DNA of 40,091 nucleotides, taken from sequence record PQ821641; one strand, given 5' to 3'. Numbering within the stretch: position 1 is the first letter of the stretch; each line of letters opens with the position of its first letter. The translations under genes and the position numbers were made by a program. Shown in pieces: positions 18,437 to 27,530 of this stretch. The notes beneath the pieces are model-generated. The model was not told the DNA's origin, searched no databases, and saw only the letters and a program-made list of their open reading frames with translations. Source of the DNA: Escherichia phage SD6.

Positions 18437-18661
18437 ATGTGTTTCAGTCCAAAGATTAGCACTCCGAAGCCTTCGGTCCAAGCACCTGAACCAGCACCTC
18501 TGAGTGAGGAAGTTGCGTCAGTTGACATCGGAGCTGAATCGGATGTGGACACCAACGAGACCAAAGGTATCAAAGACCTGAAGGTCAAGAAGGAGTCTGC
18601 ACCTAAAGATAAATCGTCAGTGAGCCGAGCTATGCGAGCCTCTGGCGTAAACATGGGGTAA
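18437..18661 (+). CDS. gp6.7-like virion protein
   Basis: 74 aa beginning MCFSPKI, as T7 gp6.7 does. Confidence 0.75.
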   Translation: MCFSPKISTPKPSVQAPEPAPLSEEVASVDIGAESDVDTNETKGIKDLKVKKESAPKDKSSVSRAMRASGVNMG

Positions 18662-18665
18662 GACA

Positions 18666-19070
18666 ATGCTACCATATCTCAACTCACGCGAAGGTCGCCA
18701 CATGTGCGCTTGTCGCCTCTGGGAAGACGGGCAGTCTAACTTCAAGTCATTCGAGGACTTCAAGGCTCATACTTACCGTATGGCTGACGAGTTCGACGGT
18801 GAAGAGTACACAATCTACGACGTCTCAGGTCAACCAGTAGCGTATCTCTACATGCTGGCTACCACATCTTGGCACCGACCGACTACCGGTCTTGACCTTT
18901 CAATCATCGCTATTCGGCGTGACTCGCAGTCCTCCCGCAAGGTTCTTGAGACTGTCAGGCACATCATAAACGAAGAGTGCAAGCGTTGGGGTCTTGACTG
19001 GTATTCTCGTGTCAAGCATGTTTCAGGGTCGGTAGACATCGTAACAACCAAGGAGATTAACCGTGGGTAA
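18666..19070 (+). CDS. gp7-like protein (host range / virion assembly)
   Basis: RLWEDGQSNFKSFEDF...WHRPTTGLD...LETVRH...LDWYSRVKH as in T7 gp7; the true start may be the internal ATG at 18702 (MCACRLWEDG). Confidence 0.7.
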   Translation: MLPYLNSREGRHMCACRLWEDGQSNFKSFEDFKAHTYRMADEFDGEEYTIYDVSGQPVAYLYMLATTSWHRPTTGLDLSIIAIRRDSQSSRKVLETVRHIINEECKRWGLDWYSRVKHVSGSVDIVTTKEINRG

Positions 19071-19311
19071 ATCAATCAGTAAGGCTTTCAAGAAAGTAGT
19101 AAAAGGTGCGTTAGGGACAGTTGGTCTCGGAGCTGATGATGCACCTAAAGTTGTTGAGGCTCAGACCCCAGCTGCACCAGTGGAAGTACCAAACGACCAA
19201 GTGAAAGATGTGGATACTGAAGTTACTGCATCCGACGAGAAGAAAGTGAAGCGTTCCGGTAAGCGTGGACTTCAGGTCTCTCGTACCTCTGGTGGCGGTA
19301 TTTCTTTATAA
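19063..19311 (+). CDS. gp7.3-like tail/adsorption protein
   Basis: 82 aa, GTG start with AAGGAG 7 nt upstream; ends SRTSGGGISL as T7 gp7.3 ends SGGGINI. Confidence 0.75.
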   Translation: MGKSISKAFKKVVKGALGTVGLGADDAPKVVEAQTPAAPVEVPNDQVKDVDTEVTASDEKKVKRSGKRGLQVSRTSGGGISL

Positions 19312-19323
19312 GGAGGCACGTAG

Positions 19324-20892
19324 ATGGCTGAACGTGAAGGATTTGCTGCTGAAGGCGCGAAGGCAGTTTATGATAGACTGAAGAACGGTAGACAGCCATA
19401 TGAGACAAGAGCTCAGAACTGCGCTGCCGTGACCATCCCCTCGCTATTTCCTAAGGAGTCCGACAACTCGTCTACGGAATACGTGACGCCGTGGCAATCT
19501 GTGGGTGCTCGCTGCTTGAACAACTTGGCTGCAAAGCTGATGTTGGCATTATTCCCTCAGTCACCGTGGATGCGACTGACAGTCTCCGAATATGAGGCAA
19601 AGACCTTGAGTCAGGACTCAGAGGCTGCTGCTCGTGTTGACGAAGGGCTCGCTATGGTCGAGCGTGTATTGATGGCCTACATGGAGACTAACAGTTTCCG
19701 TGTGCCATTGTTCGAAGCTCTGAAGCAGCTTATCGTCTCCGGTAACTGTCTGCTCTACATTCCAGAGCCTGAACAGGGAACCTACAGTCCTATGCGAATG
19801 TACCGCTTAGTGTCGTACGTTGTTCAACGTGATGCTTTCGGTAATATCTTGCAGATTGTGACTCTCGACAAGGTAGCGTTTAGTGCTCTGCCGGAAGACG
19901 TTAAGTCACAACTCAACTCAGAAGACTATGAGCCTGACACCGAGCTGGAAGTGTATACGCACATCTACCGTCAGGACGACGAGTATCTGCGCTATGAGGA
20001 AGTGGAAGGCATTGAGGTAGCAGGGACCGAGGGTTCCTACCCACTGACTGCATGTCCATACATCCCGGTACGAATGGTTCGACTGGATGGTGAAGACTAT
20101 GGTCGTTCTTACTGCGAGGAGTATCTGGGAGACCTGAACTCTCTGGAGACGATTACAGAAGCTATCACCAAAATGGCTAAGGTAGCCTCCAAGGTGGTGG
20201 GCCTCGTTAACCCGAACGGTATCACGCAACCACGTCGTCTGAACAAGGCGGCTACAGGTGAGTTCGTGGCTGGTCGCGTAGAGGACATCAACTTCCTGCA
20301 ACTGACGAAAGGTCAGGACTTTACGATTGCAAAGTCGGTGGCTGACGCTATCGAGCAACGTTTAGGCTGGGCCTTCCTTCTTAATAGTGCTGTTCAGCGT
20401 AATGCCGAGCGAGTAACTGCTGAAGAGATTCGTTATGTTGCTGGCGAACTGGAGGCGACCTTAGGTGGCGTGTACTCAGTGCAGTCACAAGAGCTTCAGT
20501 TGCCTGTCGTCCGTGTGCTGATTAACCAGCTTCAGTCTGCTGGCACGATTCCTGACCTTCCGAAAGAAGCGGTAGAGCCTACGGTATCCACCGGTCTGGA
20601 AGCATTAGGTCGTGGTCAGGACTTGGAGAAGCTAACTCAGGCAGTCAACATGATGACCGGTCTACAGCCTCTGCAACAGGACCCAGACATTAACTTGCCG
20701 ACCCTGAAGCTGCGACTGCTGAATGCCTTAGGCATTGACACTGCTGGTCTTCTACTGACTCAGGACGAGAAGATGCAACGTATTGCTGAACAATCCGCTC
20801 AAGGAGCTGTGGTCAACGGTGCGTCTGCTGCTGGTGCTAACATGGGTGCTGCTGTAGGTCAGGGAGCTGGTGAGGACATGGCTCAAGCCTAA
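19324..20892 (+). CDS. Portal (head-to-tail connector) protein (gene 8)
   Basis: 522 aa, collinear with T7 gp8 (YETRAQNCA, TPWQSVGAR, YRLVSYVVQRDAFGN, ERVTAEEIRYVAGELE). Confidence 0.97.
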   Translation: MAEREGFAAEGAKAVYDRLKNGRQPYETRAQNCAAVTIPSLFPKESDNSSTEYVTPWQSVGARCLNNLAAKLMLALFPQSPWMRLTVSEYEAKTLSQDSEAAARVDEGLAMVERVLMAYMETNSFRVPLFEALKQLIVSGNCLLYIPEPEQGTYSPMRMYRLVSYVVQRDAFGNILQIVTLDKVAFSALPEDVKSQLNSEDYEPDTELEVYTHIYRQDDEYLRYEEVEGIEVAGTEGSYPLTACPYIPVRMVRLDGEDYGRSYCEEYLGDLNSLETITEAITKMAKVASKVVGLVNPNGITQPRRLNKAATGEFVAGRVEDINFLQLTKGQDFTIAKSVADAIEQRLGWAFLLNSAVQRNAERVTAEEIRYVAGELEATLGGVYSVQSQELQLPVVRVLINQLQSAGTIPDLPKEAVEPTVSTGLEALGRGQDLEKLTQAVNMMTGLQPLQQDPDINLPTLKLRLLNALGIDTAGLLLTQDEKMQRIAEQSAQGAVVNGASAAGANMGAAVGQGAGEDMAQA

Positions 20893-20909
20893 ACTATCAC
20901 TATAGGAAC
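20889..20909 (+). promoter_or_regulatory. Phage promoter (phi9-like)
   Basis: CCTAAACTATCACTATAGGAACT overlapping the portal stop. Confidence 0.7.
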
Positions 20910-20989
20910 TTAGACAAGATTCACAAAAGCATTAGGCCGGGTGAGACTCCCGGTCGGTTCCTATCATCAACTTAAAGGAGAACGACTCA

Positions 20990-21874
20990 ATGTCTCAATC
21001 AGTTTATGCCGAGTTTGGCGTTAGCTCTAATGCAATCACTGGTTCCGTTGAGGACCTGAACGAACACCAGAAGTCTATGCTTGAACAGGACGTAGCTGTT
21101 CGTGATGGCGATGACGCTATTACCTTCAAGCAAATGGAAGCCGAAAACGAAGAGGCTATCGAAGAAGACGAGAACGTCGAAGAGACTGAAGGTGAAGAAG
21201 ACCACGAGTCAGATGACGAAGAGTCTGAGACCGGTGGTGAGCAGCCGGAGTTCATCGAACTGGGTGATGCACCAAAAGAGCTTACCGAAAGTGTCACCGC
21301 TCTGGATGAAAACGAAGCTGCATTCGACGACATGGTGTCTTCTGCTGTAGAAGCTGGCAAGGTCACTGCTGATGAAATTACCGCTATCAAGGCTGAATAC
21401 GCCAAGGATGGTAAGCTGTCTGACGCATCCTACGCTAAGTTGCAGGAAGCAGGTTACACCAAGCGCTTCGTAGATTCGTTTGTCCGTGGTCAGGAAGCTC
21501 TGGCTGAACAGTATGCTGCTGGTGTGGTTCGCTACGCTGGTGGTGCTGAACAGTTTAATCGCATCCTGTCACACCTTGAGTCAACCGACCCGTCAACTCG
21601 TGAAGCACTGGAAGCTGCTATCGTTCGTAAGGACATTGCGACTACCAAGGCTCTGCTGAATCTGGCTGGCAAGACTCTTGGTAAAGCTGTAGGCGTTAAA
21701 CCTCAGCGTACCATCACCACTCAGGCCAAACCTGTGGTAGCACCTAAGGCTCCTCAGACCGAAGCATTCAGCTCTAAAGCTGACATGATTAAGGCTATGA
21801 GTGACCCGAGATACCTGCGTGACGCTAAGTACACGATGGAAGTTCGAGCTAAGGTAGCTGCATCAAGCCTGTAG
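20990..21874 (+). CDS. Capsid assembly scaffolding protein (gene 9)
   Basis: 294 aa, highly acidic and low-complexity, between the portal and capsid genes. Confidence 0.9.
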   Translation: MSQSVYAEFGVSSNAITGSVEDLNEHQKSMLEQDVAVRDGDDAITFKQMEAENEEAIEEDENVEETEGEEDHESDDEESETGGEQPEFIELGDAPKELTESVTALDENEAAFDDMVSSAVEAGKVTADEITAIKAEYAKDGKLSDASYAKLQEAGYTKRFVDSFVRGQEALAEQYAAGVVRYAGGAEQFNRILSHLESTDPSTREALEAAIVRKDIATTKALLNLAGKTLGKAVGVKPQRTITTQAKPVVAPKAPQTEAFSSKADMIKAMSDPRYLRDAKYTMEVRAKVAASSL

Positions 21875-21876
21875 GA

Positions 21877-21898
21877 CTAAACTATCACTATAGGGAGA
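21877..21898 (+). promoter_or_regulatory. Phage promoter (phi10-like), best consensus match
   Basis: CTAAACTATCACTATAGGGAGA, with a GGTTTCCC-containing leader resembling the T7 gene 10 leader. Confidence 0.8.
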
Positions 21899-22001
21899 CC
21901 AAGAGACAGACTCAAGGTTTCCCCTATTACTTCAGTCCATACGGATTGGGCGTACAGTAAGTAATACACTTTATCTTTCAATTGAATAGGAGAATTATCA
22001 T

Positions 22002-23045
22002 ATGGCAAACGTTCCGGGTCAGAAAATTGGTACAGACCAAGGTAAAGGCAAATCCAGTACCGACGCTCTGGCGTTGTTCCTGAAGGTATTTGCTGGTGAA
22101 GTCCTGACCGCATTCACTCGCCGCTCTGTAACGGCTGACAAGCATATTGTCCGTACCATTCAGAACGGTAAGTCTGCTCAGTTCCCGGTCATGGGTCGCA
22201 CCTCTGGTGTGTATCTGGCTCCTGGTGAGCGACTGTCCGATAAGCGTAAAGGTATCAAACATACCGAGAAAGTGATTACCATTGATGGTCTGCTGACTGC
22301 CGATGTGATGATTTTCGACATTGAAGACGCGATGAACCACTACGACGTGGCTGGCGAGTATTCCAACCAGTTGGGTGAAGCTCTGGCTATCGCTGCTGAT
22401 GGTGCTGTTCTGGCTGAAATGGCTACCCTGTGTAACCTCCCAGCTGCATCCAACGAGAACATCGCTGGTCTTGGTACTGCTTCCGTACTGCAAGTTGGTA
22501 AGAAAGCTGACCTCGACACCCCGGCTAAACTGGGCGAAGCAATCATCGGTCAACTGACCATTGCTCGTGCGAAGCTGACCGCCAACTACGTTCCTGCTGG
22601 CGACCGTTACTTCTACACCACGCCGGACAACTACTCTGCAATCCTCGCGGCTCTGATGCCTAACGCTGCTAACTATGCTGCGCTGATTGACCCAGAGACT
22701 GGTAACATCCGTAACGTGATGGGCTTCGTTGTTGTTGAAGTTCCGCATCTGGTACAGGGTGGTGCTGGTGAGACCCGTGGTGCCGACGGTATCACTATCG
22801 CTTCAGGTCAGAAACACGCATTCCCGGCGACTGTTACTGGCGACGTTAAAGTTGCTATTGACAACGTTGTGGGCCTGTTCTCTCACCGTTCTGCTGTGGG
22901 CACTGTTAAGCTGCGCGATTTGGCACTTGAACGTGACCGTGACGTAGATGCTCAGGGCGACCTGATTGTTGGTAAGTACGCTATGGGTCACGGCGGTCTG
23001 CGTCCTGAAGCGGCTGGCGCACTGGTTTTCAGCCCAGCGGCGTAA
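22002..23045 (+). CDS. Major capsid protein (gene 10A)
   Basis: 347 aa, collinear with T7 gp10A (ALFLKVF.GEVLTAF, KHTEKVITIDGLLTADV, GTVKLRDLALER, AMGHGGLRPEAAGA). Confidence 0.97.
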   Translation: MANVPGQKIGTDQGKGKSSTDALALFLKVFAGEVLTAFTRRSVTADKHIVRTIQNGKSAQFPVMGRTSGVYLAPGERLSDKRKGIKHTEKVITIDGLLTADVMIFDIEDAMNHYDVAGEYSNQLGEALAIAADGAVLAEMATLCNLPAASNENIAGLGTASVLQVGKKADLDTPAKLGEAIIGQLTIARAKLTANYVPAGDRYFYTTPDNYSAILAALMPNAANYAALIDPETGNIRNVMGFVVVEVPHLVQGGAGETRGADGITIASGQKHAFPATVTGDVKVAIDNVVGLFSHRSAVGTVKLRDLALERDRDVDAQGDLIVGKYAMGHGGLRPEAAGALVFSPAA

Positions 23046-23176
23046 GCACCTTTAGCCAACCTAACGTCGCTACAGTAGCGGCTGCACCTGAAGAGGAGAC
23101 CCTAACTCCTCAACAGAAAGCTGCGCGTACTCGTGCTGCGAACAGGGTCGCTAAACTGGCTAAGTCCAACAACTAA
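22002..23176 (+). CDS. Minor capsid protein (gene 10B) made by -1 frameshifting at G GTT TTC (23024-23030)
   Basis: The heptamer GGTTTTC lies 5 codons before the 10A stop and the -1 frame stays open for 51 codons to a TAA at 23174-23176, mirroring T7 10A/10B. Confidence 0.6.
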
Positions 23177-23182
23177 TTGAAA

Positions 23183-23218
23183 CCCCTTGGGTGCCTTCGG
23201 GTGCTTGAGGGGTTTTTT
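23183..23218 (+). terminator. Tphi-like intrinsic terminator after the capsid gene
   Basis: CCCCTTGGGTGCC-TTCG-GGTGCTTGAGGGG followed by TTTTTT; G-U-rich stem like T7 Tphi. Confidence 0.75.
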
Positions 23219-23239
23219 GCTTAAAGTGAGAGGAGACTT

Positions 23240-23806
23240 ATGGCTCAATACATTCCACTGAATGCTAACGATGACTTAGACGCCATCAACGATATGTTAG
23301 CTGCTATCGGTGAACCAGCAGTCCTACAGCTTGACGAGGGGAACGCTGACGTATCGAACGCTCAACGTATACTGCATCGTGTCAATCGTCAGGTCCAAGC
23401 CAAAGGCTGGAACTTTAATATCAACGAAGCTGCTGTCCTGACACCTGATGTCCAAGACAATAGGATTCGATTCTTGCCGTCATACCTTCGTGTAATGACC
23501 GCTGGGGCCACCAGCTACTACAGCAACATGGGTGGATACCTGTACGACCTGTCCACTCAGTCAACCACTTTCACCGACCCTATCACGGTAGAGCTTGTGG
23601 AGATGAAGCCATTCTCCGAGATGCCTGTGGTCTTCAGGGACTACATCGTCACTAAAGCTAGCCGAGAGTTCAACGCTAAGTTCTTCGGTAGCCCAGAGTC
23701 TGAACTGTACCTTCGTGAGCAGGAAGCAGAACTCTATCAGCAGGTCATGGAATACGAGATGGATACTGGTCGCTACAACATGATGTCTGACATAGGGAGG
23801 GACTAA
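23240..23806 (+). CDS. Tail tubular protein A (gene 11)
   Basis: 188 aa; IVTKASREFNAKFFG.PE and MEYEMD.G.YNM as in T7 gp11. Confidence 0.95.
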   Translation: MAQYIPLNANDDLDAINDMLAAIGEPAVLQLDEGNADVSNAQRILHRVNRQVQAKGWNFNINEAAVLTPDVQDNRIRFLPSYLRVMTAGATSYYSNMGGYLYDLSTQSTTFTDPITVELVEMKPFSEMPVVFRDYIVTKASREFNAKFFGSPESELYLREQEAELYQQVMEYEMDTGRYNMMSDIGRD

Positions 23807-24033
23807 TGGCTAGTCACAACCTGAAGATTCACCGCCAGCACTTTGGTCCAGTACAACTAGGTCTAAAGACAGCAGAGCTGAGACTTAACGACCGGGACTT
23901 TAAGGTTGGCGATTGGCTTATCCTGAATGAGTGGGACAACGGGTATACTGGACAACAGGTAGCGCGTAAGGTTGTCCACATTGCTGAAGTTGGTGACATC
24001 GCTGAAGGATACGTCCTAATGAGTATGATTTAA
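23806..24033 (+). CDS. DUF3850 / ASCH-like domain protein (75 aa)
   Basis: H.LKIH...F..V..G.KTAELRLNDRDFKVGDWL.L.EW motif typical of DUF3850; TAATG overlap with gene 11; GGGAGGG upstream. Confidence 0.6.
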   Translation: MASHNLKIHRQHFGPVQLGLKTAELRLNDRDFKVGDWLILNEWDNGYTGQQVARKVVHIAEVGDIAEGYVLMSMI

Positions 24034-24042
24034 GGAGGGCCT

Positions 24043-26400
24043 ATGCCGCTTATCACACAAAGCATAAAAAATCTTAAAGGTGGCATTAGCCAGCAGCCTG
24101 ATATACTGAGGTTCTCAGACCAAGGCGAGGCACAGGTTAACTGCTGGTCATCCGAGAGTGATGGCCTCCAGAAGCGCCCACCTACAGTCTTCAAGAGACG
24201 TCTTAACATCGACGTTGGGAGCAACCCTAAGTTCCATCTGATTAACCGTGACGAGCATGAGCAGTATTATATCGTGTTCAATGGGTCCAACATTCAGGTA
24301 GTTGACTTGAGTGGTAATCAATACTCAGTGTCCGGTGCGGTAGATTACGTTAAGTCCTCCAACCCACGAGATGACATCCGTGTCGTTACCGTGGCAGACT
24401 ATACGTTCGTCGTTAACCGTAAGGTTGTCGTCAAAGGTGGAAGCGAGAAGTCACACTCTGGTTATAACAGCAAAGCACGAGCTTTAATTAACCTGCGTGG
24501 TGGACAGTATGGTCGAACCCTTAAGGTAGGAATCAACGGAGGCGTTAAGGTTTCGCATAAGTTGCCAGCAGGTAATGATGCCGAGAATGACCCACCTAAG
24601 GTGGACGCTCAAGCCATTGGAGCAGCTCTGAGAGACCTTCTTGTTGCTGCCTATCCTACCTTCACGTTTGACCTTGGGTCTGGATTCCTGCTAATCACAG
24701 CTCCTTCAGGGACCGATATTAACTCAGTGGAGACGGAGGACGGCTACGCTAACCAGCTAATAAGCCCAGTCCTAGACACTGTGCAGACAATCTCTAAACT
24801 ACCTCTTGCCGCTCCTAATGGGTATATCATTAAGATTCAAGGTGAGACAAACAGTAGCGCCGATGAATACTACGTGATGTATGACTCCAACACTAAGACG
24901 TGGAAGGAGACAGTGGAGCCGGGAGTGGTAACTGGGTTCGATAACACCACAATGCCACATGCTCTGGTGAGACAATCTGACGGCTCCTTTGAGTTCAATA
25001 CTCTGGATTGGTCCAAGCGTGGTGCTGGTAACGATGACACAAACCCTATGCCTAGCTTCGTGGATGCTGCGATTAACGATGTGTTCTTCTACAGGAACAG
25101 ACTTGGGTTCTTGTCGGGTGAGAACGTAATCATGAGCCGTTCAGCCAGCTACTTTGCGTTCTTCCCTAAGAGTGTGGCGACACTGAGCGATGATGACCCT
25201 ATTGATGTAGCTGTAAGTCATCCTCGTATCTCAATCCTTAAGTATGCCGTTCCGTTTAGCGAGCAGCTACTACTTTGGTCGGATGAGGTTCAGTTCGTGA
25301 TGACAAGCTCTGGGGTCCTTACCTCGAAGTCTATCCAGCTTGATGTAGGATCAGAGTTTGCCTTAGGTGATAATGCCAGACCGTTCGCTGTAGGACGCTC
25401 AGTCTTCTTCTCAGCTCCTCGTGGGTCATTCACCAGCATTAAGCGATACTTCGCTGTAGCTGATGTGTCTGATGTGAAGGATGCCGATGATACAACTGGT
25501 CACGTATTGTCCTACATCCCTAACGGGGTGTTTGATATTCAAGGTACAGGGACTGAGAACTACATCTGCGTCAACTCTACAGGTGCATACAACCGTATCT
25601 ACATCTACAAGTTCTTGTTTAAGGACGGCGTACAGCTTCAAGCCTCTTGGTCACACTGGGAGTTCCCTAAAGATGATAAGATTCTGGCGTCTGCTTCTAT
25701 TGGCTCTACCATGTTCATCGTTCGTCAGCACCAAGGAGGGGTAGACATTGAGCACCTTAAGTTCATCAAGGAAGCAACTGACTTCCCGTCAGAGCCATAT
25801 AGACTACACATTGACTCCAAGGTGTTTATGGTAATTCCAATTGGCTCATATAATGCTGACACCTATAAGACTACGGTTGACATTGGTGCTGCTTATGGTG
25901 GCAACGCTCCGTCTCCCGGTCGGTACTATCTGATTGACAGTCAGGGTGCTTATGTGGACCTTGGGGACTTGACCAGTAACTCTACTGTGATTACCCTCAA
26001 CGGCGATTGGTCAGGACGTACAGTGTTCATCGGACGGTCCTATCTGATGTCCTACAAGTTCTCACGGTTCCTGATTAAGATTGAAGATGATAGTGGCACT
26101 CAGTCTGAAGACACTGGTCGTCTACAGCTTCGTCGGGCTTGGGTCAACTACAAGGACACTGGCGCTCTGAGACTCATTGTAAGAAACGGTGAGCGGGAGT
26201 TCGTGAATACCTTCAACGGGTACACCCTTGGTCAGCAAACCATCGGTACTACAAACATTGGTGACGGGCAGTATCGCTTCGCTATGAATGGTAACGCATT
26301 AACCACGAGTCTAACCTTAGAGTCAGACTATCCTACCCCAGTGTCCATCGTTGGGTGTGGCTGGGAGGCGTCATACGCTAAGAAAGCTCGTTCCGTCTAA
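24043..26400 (+). CDS. Tail tubular protein B (gene 12)
   Basis: 785 aa, collinear with T7 gp12 (SQSIKNLKGGISQQPDILR, HLINRDEHEQYY, DDDPIDVAVS, KYAVPFSE, GRLQLRRAWVNY, GCGWE). Confidence 0.97.
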   Translation: MPLITQSIKNLKGGISQQPDILRFSDQGEAQVNCWSSESDGLQKRPPTVFKRRLNIDVGSNPKFHLINRDEHEQYYIVFNGSNIQVVDLSGNQYSVSGAVDYVKSSNPRDDIRVVTVADYTFVVNRKVVVKGGSEKSHSGYNSKARALINLRGGQYGRTLKVGINGGVKVSHKLPAGNDAENDPPKVDAQAIGAALRDLLVAAYPTFTFDLGSGFLLITAPSGTDINSVETEDGYANQLISPVLDTVQTISKLPLAAPNGYIIKIQGETNSSADEYYVMYDSNTKTWKETVEPGVVTGFDNTTMPHALVRQSDGSFEFNTLDWSKRGAGNDDTNPMPSFVDAAINDVFFYRNRLGFLSGENVIMSRSASYFAFFPKSVATLSDDDPIDVAVSHPRISILKYAVPFSEQLLLWSDEVQFVMTSSGVLTSKSIQLDVGSEFALGDNARPFAVGRSVFFSAPRGSFTSIKRYFAVADVSDVKDADDTTGHVLSYIPNGVFDIQGTGTENYICVNSTGAYNRIYIYKFLFKDGVQLQASWSHWEFPKDDKILASASIGSTMFIVRQHQGGVDIEHLKFIKEATDFPSEPYRLHIDSKVFMVIPIGSYNADTYKTTVDIGAAYGGNAPSPGRYYLIDSQGAYVDLGDLTSNSTVITLNGDWSGRTVFIGRSYLMSYKFSRFLIKIEDDSGTQSEDTGRLQLRRAWVNYKDTGALRLIVRNGEREFVNTFNGYTLGQQTIGTTNIGDGQYRFAMNGNALTTSLTLESDYPTPVSIVGCGWEASYAKKARSV

Positions 26401-26424
26401 CTTATTGAATGGCCTATAGATTTA

Positions 26425-26447
26425 CCTTAACTATCACTATAGGGACT
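26425..26447 (+). promoter_or_regulatory. Phage promoter (phi13-like)
   Basis: CCTTAACTATCACTATAGGGACT. Confidence 0.7.
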
Positions 26448-26476
26448 ATAGGCCCTTAAGGTTATAAGGAGCCTTT

Positions 26477-26959
26477 ATGTATATTCGCAAGGCTACGGAA
26501 CCAGATGTCCACTACTTTCTGTGGCATCTTTCGGCAGATGATGTTAATGAGTGCAAAGCAGCCTATGGGTCAACCGTGGGTCTCTCTGAAAGACTGCTTA
26601 AGCATTTATCTCCGTCATCTGTGGTTTTAACAAACAGTGTAGGAGAAGTGTTTGCCTATGGTGGGAACCAAGGGGACAACGTATGGTTCTTGACTTCAGG
26701 TCTGGTACACAAGCTGAGACCTAAAGAGAAGCGAGAGTTCATAAAGCATATCTCTGAGTACAGGGACTTAATGTTAGACCAATACGGGACCATCTGGAAC
26801 TACGTGTGGTCAGGCAATAAGTCTCACATTAAATTCTTGAAGTTGCTTGGTGCTAAGTTCCATGATGATTGGACTATCAGCCAGGTAACTGGTGAGAGTT
26901 TTCAATTATTCACTATCTCTAAGGAGGACGTATGTGTGAACCAGTATCCATCGGTCTAG
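26477..26959 (+). CDS. Internal virion protein gp13-like
   Basis: 160 aa; assigned by synteny between gene 12 and gene 14. Confidence 0.7.
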   Translation: MYIRKATEPDVHYFLWHLSADDVNECKAAYGSTVGLSERLLKHLSPSSVVLTNSVGEVFAYGGNQGDNVWFLTSGLVHKLRPKEKREFIKHISEYRDLMLDQYGTIWNYVWSGNKSHIKFLKLLGAKFHDDWTISQVTGESFQLFTISKEDVCVNQYPSV

Positions 26960-27519
26960 GAGTCATGTCTGTAGCCGGGGCCACTATGTCCGCATCCCAA
27001 CAGGCCAAGGCTGAAGGAGCATCAATTGATGCTCAGAACCGACAGTCTCAGGAAATGGTTAAGCAGATGAACTACTCTGACGCCAACCTGAGGATGCAGG
27101 AGCGAGACCTGAAGGAGCAGCAGATGGCTGAACTGACAGAGACCACGCTCAACGGTATCCGCAATCAGGGTATGGTCCGAGCTGCGGTGGCTGAGTCCGG
27201 TCTGGAAGGTAACTCTATGGACAGGATTGAACGTCAGGTCGCAGGAGATACAGTCAAGGAGCGAGCAGGGATTACCGAAAGTTACAACCGCGACTATGCG
27301 GCTATCTTCGGGAACCGTATCGCCAACATTGAGAACACCAAGTCTGCTATCCGTGGTCAAGGTAAAATCATTAAGACCAGCCCACTGGCTCATGCACTTA
27401 ATGTTGCTACCGCCGGGATGCAAGGCTACGCCGCTGGTAAGGCAATCTCTGGAGCGTCCAGCTCTGGGGGTGCTGCACCAATTAGTGCTGCTAAAGGTAC
27501 ACCTACAGGTCATAGCTAA
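26932..27519 (+). CDS. Internal virion protein B (gene 14)
   Basis: 195 aa; starts MC..., LEG.SMDRI and ENY.RDY.AIF as in T7 gp14; AAGGAGG upstream. Confidence 0.85.
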   Translation: MCEPVSIGLGVMSVAGATMSASQQAKAEGASIDAQNRQSQEMVKQMNYSDANLRMQERDLKEQQMAELTETTLNGIRNQGMVRAAVAESGLEGNSMDRIERQVAGDTVKERAGITESYNRDYAAIFGNRIANIENTKSAIRGQGKIIKTSPLAHALNVATAGMQGYAAGKAISGASSSGGAAPISAAKGTPTGHS

Positions 27520-27530
27520 GAGGAGGACTA

